Source: an uncultured archaeon
Lineage (GTDB): Archaea; Thermoplasmatota; Thermoplasmata; Thermoplasmatales; Thermoplasmataceae
Assembly: GCA_000965745.1 (NCBI GenBank)
Contig: CP009479.1
Coordinates: forward strand, 96,001-160,000
Direction: 5' to 3'
DNA length: 64,000 nucleotides
Shown here: piece by piece, positions 1 through 10,171 of the stretch
Layout: every line of letters begins with the position of its first letter
Position numbering within the stretch: position 1 is the stretch's first letter
Translations under genes and position numbers: made by a program
Notes under the pieces: model-generated
Seen by the model: only the letters and a program-made list of their open reading frames with translations
Databases searched by the model: none
Told to the model about the DNA's origin: nothing

Positions 1-69
1 GACGGTTGCGGCTTATGTTCTGAAATATACGTTTGCCCGTTCAGGGCAATAAAAAGTGTGGAGGCCTGA
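1..69 (+). CDS. iorA: Indolepyruvate:ferredoxin oxidoreductase alpha subunit, 3' end only (partial)
   Basis: Frame 1 reads DGCGLCSEIYVCPFRAIKSVEA*, the tail of a ferredoxin CxxCxxC...CP motif typical of the IorA C-terminus; lies directly upstream of iorB. Confidence 0.8.
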   Translation, partial: DGCGLCSEIYVCPFRAIKSVEA

Positions 70-74
70 TTTAA

Positions 75-659
75 GTGATAGTGAACCTGAAAATATGCGG
101 CGTGGGAGGGCAGGGCGTGATAACCACCGGCATAATTGCATCGGAAGCGGGAATTTCCAGGGGTCTGAATGTGGTCATGTCCGAAATACATGGTCTTGCA
201 CAGAGAGGGGGCGCTGTCTCGGTAGATATCAGATTCGGAGATGCACTGGGGTCGATGATTCCCGAAAATAGATGCGACATTCTCGTTGCACTTGAACCCG
301 TTGAAGCCTTGAGAAATGTTTCCAGGATTAAGGAAGGTGGACTGGCATTGATAGGTGCGGAAAGGATTCCCCCGATATCGCTGGGAATCTCGGGGAAAGA
401 ATATCCGGATGTTGAAAGCGTGTTGAAGGAAAATTATCCCGGTATGCGATACTTGATGGTGAACTCGGATGAGATCGCCAAACAGGCTGGCAATCCCAGG
501 ACTTCCAATACTGTCATTCTCGGAGCTGCGATCGCAACAGGAGTATTGCCTGTTGATCTGCAGGACGTCATGAGAGCTCTTGACAGCAGGTTCACCGGAG
601 AGATGCTTGAATCAAACAAAAAAGCGCTAGGCCTTGGGGCCAAACTCGTCACGGTTTAG
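75..659 (+). CDS. iorB: Indolepyruvate:ferredoxin oxidoreductase beta subunit
   Basis: GVGGQG N-terminal motif, SEIHGLAQRGGAV, ALEPVEALR, AGNPRTSNTVILGA; 194 aa. Confidence 0.92.
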   Translation: MIVNLKICGVGGQGVITTGIIASEAGISRGLNVVMSEIHGLAQRGGAVSVDIRFGDALGSMIPENRCDILVALEPVEALRNVSRIKEGGLALIGAERIPPISLGISGKEYPDVESVLKENYPGMRYLMVNSDEIAKQAGNPRTSNTVILGAAIATGVLPVDLQDVMRALDSRFTGEMLESNKKALGLGAKLVTV

Positions 660-718
660 ATCCGGGCCGTAACTCATGATGATAATACAGGGCAGCCAGG
701 TCGGCACCCGAAAAAGGG

Positions 719-1867
719 TCAGGGAGAGAGGGTGTTCATGTATTCCTCAAACCGGTCCAGGCCCTCTTCCAGCGTCTCAAGGTTTCCTGAGAACGATATC
801 CTGACATGTTTCTCTCCGCGGTCCCCGAATGCCACACCAGGCAGCACCGCAACGCTCTTTTTTTCAAGGAGATTATTGGCCAGCTCGCTTGATCCGATGT
901 TCTTCTCATATCTTGGAAACGCATAGAAAGCGCCTTCAACCGGACTGCTGATTATGCCGTCAATTTCGTTGAGCCGTTTCTCGACGAAATCACGTTTTTC
1001 CCTGAACTCACCCTGGAATTTTCTTATGAACCCGTCGCCGTTCCGGAGAGCATAAGCGGAAGCCTTCTGCACGAACGGAGGATAACAGGAGAAACTGTGA
1101 TCCATTACTTTTGCCATATTGTTCACTATCGATTCCGCGGCGATAGTATAACCTGCCCTCCAGCCGGTCATGGAATAGCTCTTGGACAGTGTGAAAATGC
1201 TGATGACCCTGTCTGGAGCATCCTCCATGGATCCCACAGAGACATGTTTCTTTTCATACACGAGGTCCTCGTAGGCCTCATCGCTTATGATACTCAGGTC
1301 ATGCTCCACCGCCAGTTCAAGTATTTCTTTGAGAACATTTCTGTCCGCAACCCTTCCGGTCGGATTTGATGGTGTATTCAGGAATATCGCAGTTGTTTTG
1401 TCGCTAATACCGTCTTCTATCATTGAAACGTCCAGAGAATTGTCATCAGAAAGATGGTAGGGCACTGGATCGAAACCCGCAAGCCTGGCGGGATTTGTGT
1501 AGAAGTATCCCGGGTCTGGTACCAGTACCTCTCCCTTCCTGTTTCCAAGCGCAAGAAGCGTTGTGTATATGGCATGCCTTGAACTCATGAATATTGCATT
1601 TCTCAACTCCGCGTTAATTGAATTTTGCCGGGATACCTTGCCGATTATTGCATCCCTGACATCATCTGTCCCGAGTGAGGAAGTGTAGTGCGTGTCCCCG
1701 TTGAACATATCCTCACTTGCAATGTCCATAATCTCCCTGGGGGTGTCGTATAACGGTTCCCCGATTGCCAGGGAGAAGATCTTTTCCCCCCTTGCGAGTC
1801 TTTCCAGCACTGTCCTTATAACGCCAAAAGAAGTGGAAGCTTCAATGTCCCCTACCCACATAAACAA
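719..1867 (-). CDS. Class I/II PLP aminotransferase (aspartate/aromatic aminotransferase-like)
   Basis: IGEP, NTPSNPTG, SDEAY, SKSYSMTGWRAG (PLP lysine), PGVAFG...VRISF. Start is TTG 1867 or ATG 1861. Confidence 0.9.
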   Translation of the reverse strand: MFMWVGDIEASTSFGVIRTVLERLARGEKIFSLAIGEPLYDTPREIMDIASEDMFNGDTHYTSSLGTDDVRDAIIGKVSRQNSINAELRNAIFMSSRHAIYTTLLALGNRKGEVLVPDPGYFYTNPARLAGFDPVPYHLSDDNSLDVSMIEDGISDKTTAIFLNTPSNPTGRVADRNVLKEILELAVEHDLSIISDEAYEDLVYEKKHVSVGSMEDAPDRVISIFTLSKSYSMTGWRAGYTIAAESIVNNMAKVMDHSFSCYPPFVQKASAYALRNGDGFIRKFQGEFREKRDFVEKRLNEIDGIISSPVEGAFYAFPRYEKNIGSSELANNLLEKKSVAVLPGVAFGDRGEKHVRISFSGNLETLEEGLDRFEEYMNTLSP

Positions 1868-1968
1868 AGCAATGCCGAGTGAGCTTTTAAACGTAGTGTG
1901 ACATTAATAAACCGGTTTAGAAAAGATCCATGGTCTAACCCGGAATCATGGGATCAGCAGCCTGGTTT

Positions 1969-3615
1969 TCAGTCAAGCTTTCCCACTATCTCTTTTGCCC
2001 TCTCCATGGCTGTGCCCGGAATTGTAGGTGTCGCAAGTGCTTTCCTGTCAGCCTTTATGGTGATCTTTTTCCCGCCAGTCACTATATCATCGCCGGGCCT
2101 GGTCCTGGTGGCCACAGCCCATCCCACCTCTGTTTCGTCCGCGATGTCCGTATGCCAGGGGACTACGACATTTACAGTTGCATTCTCAACGGGGGCGTGT
2201 GAAATGACTACCGATGACCCTTTGAGCATTATAGTCCTGATATCACCCTCTATGCTGTCTGACACTTTCCCGGTGTACTCATCAGAGATCAGGATGATCT
2301 TGTCGTTTGTTCCACTCTCACGGATGACAGGATCGGAACTGATGATGTAGTTGTCGCGAATCAGAATGCTGGAGAATCTATTGGCGGAGAGGCTGTAAGC
2401 AATGTTTACCAGCGCCTCAATAAGAGTAAGGCCCGACCGGCCCCTTGTTACGGACACAATTTTTGCCCAGAGCGGGTCCAGGGCCATGAGTGAAAGACCG
2501 AGCTGTTTTTCAATACCTGATCTCGCATTCCCTATTTGCGCGAGGGCGAGAAACCTGGCAGCGTAAGTGGGCCACTCCACGCTGTAATTGAACCCTTTTG
2601 GCAGGGAATTCCGGAGCGTGTCCATAATTACCGACGACCTGGGAATGGAGAATAGGTTGACATGCTCGTGTGAATTTGAGGGCTGAATATCGTAAAATAT
2701 AGGGTCATGGCGCCTCATGACGGACTTGACCTTTGCGAGATTTCTTGTTGAGTCCATTCCAAGATAGCCGGTGTACTCTGCAAATGGCCCTTCGTCATAC
2801 ACCTCCCCTTCTGCCAGCTCCGCCTCCAGGACAATTTCTGCGTTTGCAGGAACCTGGAGGGAATTTTTTACTCCGCGTGTGAAGCTCGTGCTTATGACCC
2901 TTGCAGCTTTGGCGTATTCATTGTCTGTAAATGAGGCAGCAAGGATGTAAAGGGCCGGATGTGCACCGATTATTACTGAAATCTGCAGTTTTTCCCCAGA
3001 TTCGGTGGCATCATTCACCGACTTCCAGAAGTGCCCATGGCTGCCTACATCAAATGCATATGTATTCCTGTCTATGAGCTGCATCCTGGAATAGCTGAGA
3101 TTGTAAATGCCACTTTCCCTGTCCCTCGTGACGGCAAGACCTGACGTTATGTACCTTCCTTTGTTTGTTCTTGAACCATCCTCGACGTAATGCCATGGGG
3201 CAGGTATGTCCAGGATGTTGACATCCTTTCCAGTGTGTACAATTTCCTTCACAGGAGCACGGGAAACGAGGGATGCATCGGGCAGGAGGTCGTTCCCGTT
3301 CACGATGCCATGCCATTTTTCGAGCACGGATTCCATGGTGCCTGAGCCAGCAGCCAGGGCCATACGGTTTCTGCTTCCGAGTACATTAGTGACAATTCTG
3401 TAATCGGGAAATCCCCTTATGTTATTGAACAGTATTACCGGGTTCCTCTTCTCCAGAGCCCGGTAGACAGCGGTGGTTTCAAAGAGAATTTCAATCTCTT
3501 CATCCACCTCCTGAATGTCCCTCCCATCAGGTTCCCGTACAGTTTTTAGAAAATCTCTCATTGAACAGCCTAATCCCCGGGACTCGTCAGATTCCGCCAA
3601 TAACTTCGCCTCCAT
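1969..3615 (-). CDS. UbiD-family (prFMN-dependent) decarboxylase
   Basis: IVTNVLGSR, YNLSYSRMQ (conserved Arg), VPANAEIVLE, EGPFAEYTGY catalytic motif, EVGWAVATR. Start may be the ATG at 3561 (MRDFL). Confidence 0.88.
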   Translation of the reverse strand: MEAKLLAESDESRGLGCSMRDFLKTVREPDGRDIQEVDEEIEILFETTAVYRALEKRNPVILFNNIRGFPDYRIVTNVLGSRNRMALAAGSGTMESVLEKWHGIVNGNDLLPDASLVSRAPVKEIVHTGKDVNILDIPAPWHYVEDGSRTNKGRYITSGLAVTRDRESGIYNLSYSRMQLIDRNTYAFDVGSHGHFWKSVNDATESGEKLQISVIIGAHPALYILAASFTDNEYAKAARVISTSFTRGVKNSLQVPANAEIVLEAELAEGEVYDEGPFAEYTGYLGMDSTRNLAKVKSVMRRHDPIFYDIQPSNSHEHVNLFSIPRSSVIMDTLRNSLPKGFNYSVEWPTYAARFLALAQIGNARSGIEKQLGLSLMALDPLWAKIVSVTRGRSGLTLIEALVNIAYSLSANRFSSILIRDNYIISSDPVIRESGTNDKIILISDEYTGKVSDSIEGDIRTIMLKGSSVVISHAPVENATVNVVVPWHTDIADETEVGWAVATRTRPGDDIVTGGKKITIKADRKALATPTIPGTAMERAKEIVGKLD

Positions 3616-3784
3616 TTTACAATGTATTCTACACCCGTTGATCTACAATAAAGGTTGCTGGAAGTCTGGGGAAGTGTGGGCGGCACTTAATGCTGCACCA
3701 TTGCCTGTCACCCGCATTCCCGTTCTGCAGTAAATGAGCCGCCGGAATTTTCCGCCATTCATTGCTCCGTTCACCCGTTCCGTC

Positions 3785-5089
3785 TCAGTAATTCACGCTC
3801 ATCCTCGATGTTTCCTTTGAAATTATGAAGGCGATCAGGGTGACTATTGTTCCGGCAAGAACCAGAAATGTCGGTGCAAGGTTATAGTGGGTCGAGTAGA
3901 TGAGAAATGTAGCTATGAAGGGCGTGGTGCCACCGAAGATTGCAGTTGACAGCTGGTAATCCAGGGACATGCCTGTGTACCTTACCTTTGCAGGGTACAT
4001 TTCCGACAGCATCGTGACGAACGGTCCGGTCTGGAGGGCAATACACCCGTAAAATATGATCTGCGCAATGAGTATGAGGATTGCATTTCCCGTCGACACC
4101 ATCACGAAATACGGGTAGATGAATACAGCTATGAGGACTGCACCTGCTATCATAATTGGCTTTCTTCCTACCCGGTCTGAAGCTGCACCTGCCCCGATAT
4201 TGATCAATGCACCGGCTGCCAGTCCGCCCAGCAACGTGTAGATTATCGTCGTAAATGGTACCTTCACTATGCTGCTGAGGTATGAGATTATGAAGACGCT
4301 TCCCGCATACTCAGCGATAGTTGAGCTGATAAGGAAACCGAGGCCGAGGAGGACAATTTTCCAGTACTTCCTCAATGTCAGGAGGAGAGGAACCTTTTCT
4401 CCTTTCGAAGGGTTTTCAACTATCTTCTTGAATATCTCAGACTCCCTTATTTTTAGCCTTATCACGAGACCAACCACAGCTATGAGCACTCCTATGAAAT
4501 ATAGTATGCGCCAGCCGTAGACTGAAAACGCTGAACCTGTAAGATTCTCCATCAGGAGAACCATGCTTAGGGCGAAAAGAGGCCCGATATTGGACATCTG
4601 GGCTATGGAGACATAAAGTCCCCTGTGTCTGGGTGGTGCCGTCTCTGCAGTAAGAGTGATTGCTCCACCGTATTCCCCGCCTACAGAGAAACCCTGTACC
4701 AGCCTGAGGATCGTGAGAAGCACAGGTGCAAGAACCCCGATTTGCGCGTATGTCGGCAGAAGTCCTGTCAGCAGGGAGGCGATGCCCATTATGCCGATTG
4801 TGAAAATCAGCGTGTAACGCCTTCCTATTCTATCGCCAAGGTGCCCGAACACGATTCCACCGATAGGTCTTGCTGCAAACCCTATGGCGAACACGGCAAA
4901 TGTCAGAAGCAGTGAGATTAGGAAGGTGTTTGAGGGAAAGAACAACTTCGCAAGGACCGAAGACACGAACCCGTATATCAGGAAGTCGTAGAACTCGAGT
5001 ATCACCCCAAACCCTGAAGCAACTGATGTTTTCAGTGCGGTGCGGTGAGAGAACTCCGGCCCCGATGTATCCGTGTTAGCATTTTCCAT
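3785..5089 (-). CDS. MFS transporter, metabolite:H+ symporter (ProP/ShiA-like)
   Basis: EFYDFLIYG, RPIGGIVFGHLGDRIGRR, RLVQGFSVGGEYGGA, SDRVGRKP, EMYPAKVRYTG; about 12 TM segments. Confidence 0.92.
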   Translation of the reverse strand: MENANTDTSGPEFSHRTALKTSVASGFGVILEFYDFLIYGFVSSVLAKLFFPSNTFLISLLLTFAVFAIGFAARPIGGIVFGHLGDRIGRRYTLIFTIGIMGIASLLTGLLPTYAQIGVLAPVLLTILRLVQGFSVGGEYGGAITLTAETAPPRHRGLYVSIAQMSNIGPLFALSMVLLMENLTGSAFSVYGWRILYFIGVLIAVVGLVIRLKIRESEIFKKIVENPSKGEKVPLLLTLRKYWKIVLLGLGFLISSTIAEYAGSVFIISYLSSIVKVPFTTIIYTLLGGLAAGALINIGAGAASDRVGRKPIMIAGAVLIAVFIYPYFVMVSTGNAILILIAQIIFYGCIALQTGPFVTMLSEMYPAKVRYTGMSLDYQLSTAIFGGTTPFIATFLIYSTHYNLAPTFLVLAGTIVTLIAFIISKETSRMSVNY

Positions 5090-5248
5090 GCCGGAAATAT
5101 ATATGTGTTTATATTTAAATGTATGTAAGCCTCTAACTATAAAATATGATGAATAAACCAGTACGGAGAAATGCCCCAGTGACCATGTGGAGAATTATGT
5201 CCGGCCGTAGACCGAAGTTTCACTTGAATGGGTTTGGGCCCGGGATAA

Positions 5249-6709
5249 TCAGGGCTTGATGTTGTGGTTTACCCTGAAGAAGTTGTCTGGATCATACTTC
5301 CTCTTTATTTCAGACAACCTGCCGGAATTCTTGCCGTATGCTGCGCTGATTTCCAGTTTATCGTTGTCTCCGGGCTGAAAATTTATGTAACCTGTTTCCT
5401 CTTTTTCCGGGTAGAGATCCCTTATCTTTTTCTTCAGGCCCCTGCCCCAGCCTATCTGCTGCCTGTCATTTTCTTTGCCGCTCCAGCCCAGATCAATGAC
5501 AATCATGTACTGGTTGTCCCTCGCTGCATATGCAGTTTCCGATGATTCAACCCTGCTGATGGCCCCGCCGGTATGCCATATTCCCGTAACCCCGACCTCG
5601 TCCAGATCCACTTTGGAATATTCCTCAACCATCAGTTCCAGCAGTTCATCTTTCAATTCCTGGACCATTATCCCGGTTGAGTAATACCTGATCCCATTCG
5701 GTACTGTATTGTCGGTATAGGTCTGAATATCCACATAGCTCCGTGGGCCGCTTGAATCGTACAGGGACGTTCCAAGGTGTCTCAGAAATTCCATTTCCTC
5801 CTTTCCCTTTTTCACGGGGCCTGCATGCACTGCCCTCATGACTACTACCCTCTCCCCTCTCATTTCCATAGGGTAGAACCTTGTATCGGGTATCTTTGCC
5901 AGCTGAAACTCGGCGGATACATCATCAGAGACCTCATCTGCCAGAAACTTTCTTCCGCGTTTAAGGACCCCGATGCCTTCGGAAAGGGGGTAGGCCGTGT
6001 AGACCTGATAGAGCATGGGGCCGACACTGTGCAGCTTGTATTCGAACTCGGTGACAATTCCAAAATTGCCTCCCCCGCCTTTGACCGCCCAAAGCAGGTC
6101 CTGGTTCTGAGTTTCATCTGCATGGGTCACGCTGCCGTCGGCTTTGACCAGTTCCACTGACAACAAATTGTCTATTGTCAGCCCATATTTCCTTCTGAGA
6201 TGCCCGTAGCCGCCACCAAGAGTGAGTCCGGCAATTCCGGTCTTGGATACAACTCCAAAAGGAGTTGCGAGGCCGTATAACTGGGTCAGCCTGTCGACAT
6301 CTTCCAGGAGTGCCCCTCCCTGGGCTTTGACAGACATTTTCTCCTGGTTTACACTTACCTTGTTCATGTAGGTCAAATCGATCGTGAGTCCTCCGTCACA
6401 CAACGAGTTTCCGGCAACATGATGCCCCCCTGACCTTACGGATGTAAGCAGCCCGTGTCTTCGTGCAAGCTTTACCGCTTTTGCGACGTCTGCCGTTTCC
6501 TTGCAATATGCAATGGCTGCAGGCTTCTTCTGAAACATTCCGTTCCATATCCTCACTGAGCTTTCATATTCCTGTGATCCCGGAAAGAACAAGCTGCCTT
6601 TCATGGATTGGGAGGCTTCCCGAAGTTCTGTTCCACTGATCTTAACGTTGCCGCCGGATAATGTTACAAAATCAGTTTCTAAAAAAGGGGGGCCTGCTGC
6701 ACGATTCAT
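5249..6709 (-). CDS. FAD-linked oxidase, VAO/PCMH fold with BBE C-terminal domain (6-hydroxy-D-nicotine-oxidase-like)
   Basis: VRSGGH (covalent-FAD His), TGIAGLTLGGGYG, GGGGNFGIVT, YINF...AYG..RL..IKRKYDPDNFF. Confidence 0.9.
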   Translation of the reverse strand: MNRAAGPPFLETDFVTLSGGNVKISGTELREASQSMKGSLFFPGSQEYESSVRIWNGMFQKKPAAIAYCKETADVAKAVKLARRHGLLTSVRSGGHHVAGNSLCDGGLTIDLTYMNKVSVNQEKMSVKAQGGALLEDVDRLTQLYGLATPFGVVSKTGIAGLTLGGGYGHLRRKYGLTIDNLLSVELVKADGSVTHADETQNQDLLWAVKGGGGNFGIVTEFEYKLHSVGPMLYQVYTAYPLSEGIGVLKRGRKFLADEVSDDVSAEFQLAKIPDTRFYPMEMRGERVVVMRAVHAGPVKKGKEEMEFLRHLGTSLYDSSGPRSYVDIQTYTDNTVPNGIRYYSTGIMVQELKDELLELMVEEYSKVDLDEVGVTGIWHTGGAISRVESSETAYAARDNQYMIVIDLGWSGKENDRQQIGWGRGLKKKIRDLYPEKEETGYINFQPGDNDKLEISAAYGKNSGRLSEIKRKYDPDNFFRVNHNIKP

Positions 6710-6925
6710 TGAAGCACTTCATACAATTCCAGATATATGCTTTTTTCCCTTACGATACATTGTCGCTTCACAATGGAATTATATCAATTCTATTGGAATT
6801 CTATTCCCAATTTCTGTAAGTGGCAGAGAAGGAATCGGGTTTGAACGCAGCTTGAAACCGCCAAATATGTACATCCTCCCTATACGGCACCTAGTTGGAA
6901 AAAATGGGAAATAGGTTAAGGAATA

Positions 6926-7927
6926 TTACCGGCTCTTAAAGTAAGATATGACTTCCTTTCCTATTCTTTCGATCGATTCCACAGGGTTTTCCCCGAATGG
7001 CCCGCCGATAGATATGCTTGTTGCCCCCTTCTTCAGGAGGACCTCGATTCTCTTTATGCAGTCCTCCGTAGTTCCGTAGACGGCCAGATCAAGCATCTTG
7101 TCTGGAACCGCTTTTGCAGCACCTTCGTAGTCCCTCTTCCCAAGGAATTCGGCAATTGCCCTGACCTCATCTCTTGTTACCCCGACCATCGAGACCATTT
7201 CTTCCTCCAGGTACGGGATGAAATATGCGATGATCCTTTTCAGGGACATCTTGTCCACATTACCCTCAGGGGAATGATATATCCATATAAGGCCAACATA
7301 ATCAAAATCGTCATTTTCCCTGCCGGCACGCTTCATGCCTTCCTTTATGTATTTCATCGGGTAATCGAACGACTCCGGCGGAGTAGCCATCGGCAGGCTG
7401 CCATCTCCAATCTCACCGGAAAGTTCGAACATTTCCTTCCCGATCCCCGGAACATAGATAGGAATTTTACGCCTTAGAGGCTTGAATCTCATGTATGCTT
7501 CATTAGACCAGTGAAATACCTTTCCGTTATACTCCATAATTTTTCCGTCGAGAAGCCCCCGGACGAGTTCCACGGATTCCCTTGTGAGGTCCAGAAGGTT
7601 CTGGTGCAGGCCTATCCAGTCATTGAACATTGTTTCAGTGTGTGAGCCGAGAGCCACAACTGCACGCCCTCTTGAAAAATCATCCAACTGTGTTGCAAAC
7701 GTAGCAATCTCAGACGGATCAATGGTGTACGGCTTGATATTGAAGCCTATAGATATCTTGTTTGTGACAGAAGCTACCGCGACTGAACTTACCCAGGAAT
7801 TGGGCTGGAATGGATCATGCGCAAACCAGCATGCATCAAACCCGTTCTTTTCAGCTGAAGAGCCAAGTTTCTGCAGCATCTCTACATTTCCAAGTGTTCC
7901 AAGAAGTCGTATGCCAAATTTTACCAT
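6926..7927 (-). CDS. LLM-class (luciferase-like/Mer-like) flavin-dependent oxidoreductase
   Basis: AEKNGFDACWF, ASVTNKISIG, ATQLDDFSRGR, IPIYV...ELSGEIGDG, YGTTEDCIKRI. Start placed at MVKFG (7927) after a GGTGGGG RBS. Confidence 0.88.
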   Translation of the reverse strand: MVKFGIRLLGTLGNVEMLQKLGSSAEKNGFDACWFAHDPFQPNSWVSSVAVASVTNKISIGFNIKPYTIDPSEIATFATQLDDFSRGRAVVALGSHTETMFNDWIGLHQNLLDLTRESVELVRGLLDGKIMEYNGKVFHWSNEAYMRFKPLRRKIPIYVPGIGKEMFELSGEIGDGSLPMATPPESFDYPMKYIKEGMKRAGRENDDFDYVGLIWIYHSPEGNVDKMSLKRIIAYFIPYLEEEMVSMVGVTRDEVRAIAEFLGKRDYEGAAKAVPDKMLDLAVYGTTEDCIKRIEVLLKKGATSISIGGPFGENPVESIERIGKEVISYFKSR

Positions 7928-8247
7928 AATTTCCCCACCGGTTGAAGCATGCACCCCACGGTATTTAAAATTAGTTTTGGTAATGTGGAGCAGGTTCGCT
8001 TTTCAAGCACTTTACCGGAAATGTGGTTATCTCAGAAAGATGCCTTACGTCTTGAAAAGTTCTTGTAAATAAGGAAATGCCTGAAGACCCAAAAAAGGCA
8101 TTTGGAAATAAGTTGAAGATCAAGGTATAGGGATCCAACAGCAAGTTTATCGTTTTTGAGAAATTCGAATGCTTTTTTGAACACACCATGGTCTCCTCTT
8201 GGCAACCGGATACAAAAAACGATTATCATTCAAGTGCATTGCATTTC

Positions 8248-9339
8248 ATGAATTTAGAAGACAGCACAGCGCTCCAGTTCGATACACCTTACATGGTTAT
8301 TGATTTCAACCAGTCACTGAAGAACATGAAGAAAGTGCAGAGCTTCGCAGACCAGCACGGTAAAACCCTGAGACCCCATTCGAAAACCCACAAGATCCCC
8401 CTGTTTTCCAAGCGCCAGATTTCCCTCGGCGCCGTAGGAGTGTGTGTCCAGAAGGTGAGTGAGGCAGAGGTGATGTTTGATGGAGGCGTAGAAGACATCC
8501 TGATCAGCAATGAAGTTGTCACAGGGATAAAGACCGACAGGATAGCTGATCTCGCGTCACGCGGATGCAGAATAAAAGTTGCCGTGGACAGCGAAGTGGG
8601 CATGAGCAGCCTGAATGAGTCAGCCAGAGAAGTTGGGAAGGAGATTGATGTCATAATAGATGTTGACCTTGGAATGGACAGGTGCGGCATTCTTCCGGAT
8701 GATTTTCCCGGTTTCCTGAAAAAATCATCAGGTTACAGCAACCTGACCGTATACGGCATAATGGCTTACGACGGAAACGTGGCAGATGAATCCCGGAGCG
8801 AAAGGAGCAGGAAAGTGGCTTCAGAAGTTGAAACTCTCACGAAACTGTGCAAGGACTATGAGCGAATTAATGGTGAGCCTCAGACTGTCAGTGTCGGTGC
8901 CACATCAACATACGACCTGTGGGCGGAGTATGACATTATAACAGAGCTGCAGCCCGGTACATACGTGTACTACGACAGAAGAACGACCGAGTATGGGGCG
9001 TCAACCATGGACGAGATCGCAATGGGAGTTGTAGGGACTGTAATGAGCAAGACCCACTCAAATCACGCGGTTATTGATGCGGGATACAAGTCCACGTCCA
9101 TAGATAATGGCAGGTACCCCATCCTGATTATGCCATCCGGAGATACAGCCCCCGTAACTTCCATGTCCGAAGAACACACTGTCTGCTCTGATGCGAATCA
9201 GCTGAAAATAGGGGACAGGGTCCTGCTATTGCCTTCCCATGCCTGCACGACTACAGATCAATGGGATAAAGCGGCTATTTTCGGATTGAATGAAAAACCT
9301 GGAACTATTGAAATTAAGGGCAGGGGTATGAGAGAGTGA
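8248..9339 (+). CDS. D-threonine aldolase / D-serine dehydratase family PLP enzyme (alanine-racemase fold)
   Basis: DTPYMVID, LRPHSKTHK (PLP lysine), GMDRCG, MAYDG, ELQPGTYVYYD, DAGYKS, MSEEH, PSHACTT. Start placed at MNLED. Confidence 0.9.
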   Translation: MNLEDSTALQFDTPYMVIDFNQSLKNMKKVQSFADQHGKTLRPHSKTHKIPLFSKRQISLGAVGVCVQKVSEAEVMFDGGVEDILISNEVVTGIKTDRIADLASRGCRIKVAVDSEVGMSSLNESAREVGKEIDVIIDVDLGMDRCGILPDDFPGFLKKSSGYSNLTVYGIMAYDGNVADESRSERSRKVASEVETLTKLCKDYERINGEPQTVSVGATSTYDLWAEYDIITELQPGTYVYYDRRTTEYGASTMDEIAMGVVGTVMSKTHSNHAVIDAGYKSTSIDNGRYPILIMPSGDTAPVTSMSEEHTVCSDANQLKIGDRVLLLPSHACTTTDQWDKAAIFGLNEKPGTIEIKGRGMRE

Positions 9340-9515
9340 TTTATTTCCCCTCTGCCTGTAAAGCTCAAGCGGGAGATATTGCATTGAGTTGTGTAACTGC
9401 ACTTGATTACGGTGCGAAGTAAAGCACTGAGTGTGGTGAAACAAGAGAATCTGGATCTGGGCCAAGACGAGGACCAAGGGTCCGTCAGGAGCGCCGGTAT
9501 TAGGAATACGGCGGT

Positions 9516-9796
9516 ATGGGGTTACCAGGTATGTTCCAGATTGCCATCAACGCGGGAACCGCTGCCTTCCCGGACTTTCCCGCCGCATCATTTTCAACGA
9601 TCATAATGGCAGTATCACTTATTATCCATCATTCTTGCAATTCTATTCATAATTGGTTTGAGTGCGGCTTGGAACCTTATGGTCATTGGTGCAATTCTCG
9701 ATAATTATCACGGTCGGCGTAATATTCCAGGGCATAATTCTGCATTGTTGCCTTGCAAGACCCGGAGCAGGGCCTGCTTCAAGCAGCGGGGATTGA
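9516..9796 (+). pseudogene. Frameshifted remnant of a multi-TM membrane protein (DUF973-like)
   Basis: Hydrophobic segments continue across frames: ...STIIMAVSLI / LSIILAILFIIGL(+a)VRLGT / MVIGAIL / IIITVGVIFQGIILH...*. This resembles the GLWRLG...VGAIL pattern recalled for that family. Confidence 0.45.
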
Positions 9797-10171
9797 AAGG
9801 AGCAGTTGACCGGAAAGGCATCGAAACCTCATGAATTTTTAAACGGGCCCACCCGTTTCATTTTTCATTCGTTGAGTTATAATCTAGCGGCAATGAGATA
9901 ATTACTATGCAATATTGACAGGCACTTCGCACATTTTAAACTTAAAACTAAAAGCATAATGCCAGTTTCTATACAACATAGCGATAGTTTTGGCTAATTG
10001 GTGGAAGAACTAAGTTTGACCCTTTTTGTATATAAAAGGTACTCCTTACATTTGAAGTGCAATAAAGTATGGAACTTCGGCGGAACCGGAAACATAAGTA
10101 TCCTGATGCAGGTATAATAGATTTTTTATTTATAATTTTGAAAAGAAATTATTTAATAATACTTACATTTT

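Noticed and set aside
7971-8247. Short ORFs and a stop-interrupted frame between the LLM and D-threonine-aldolase-like genes
   Set aside because: No family could be supported; consistent with a divergent promoter region or an unrecognisable remnant.
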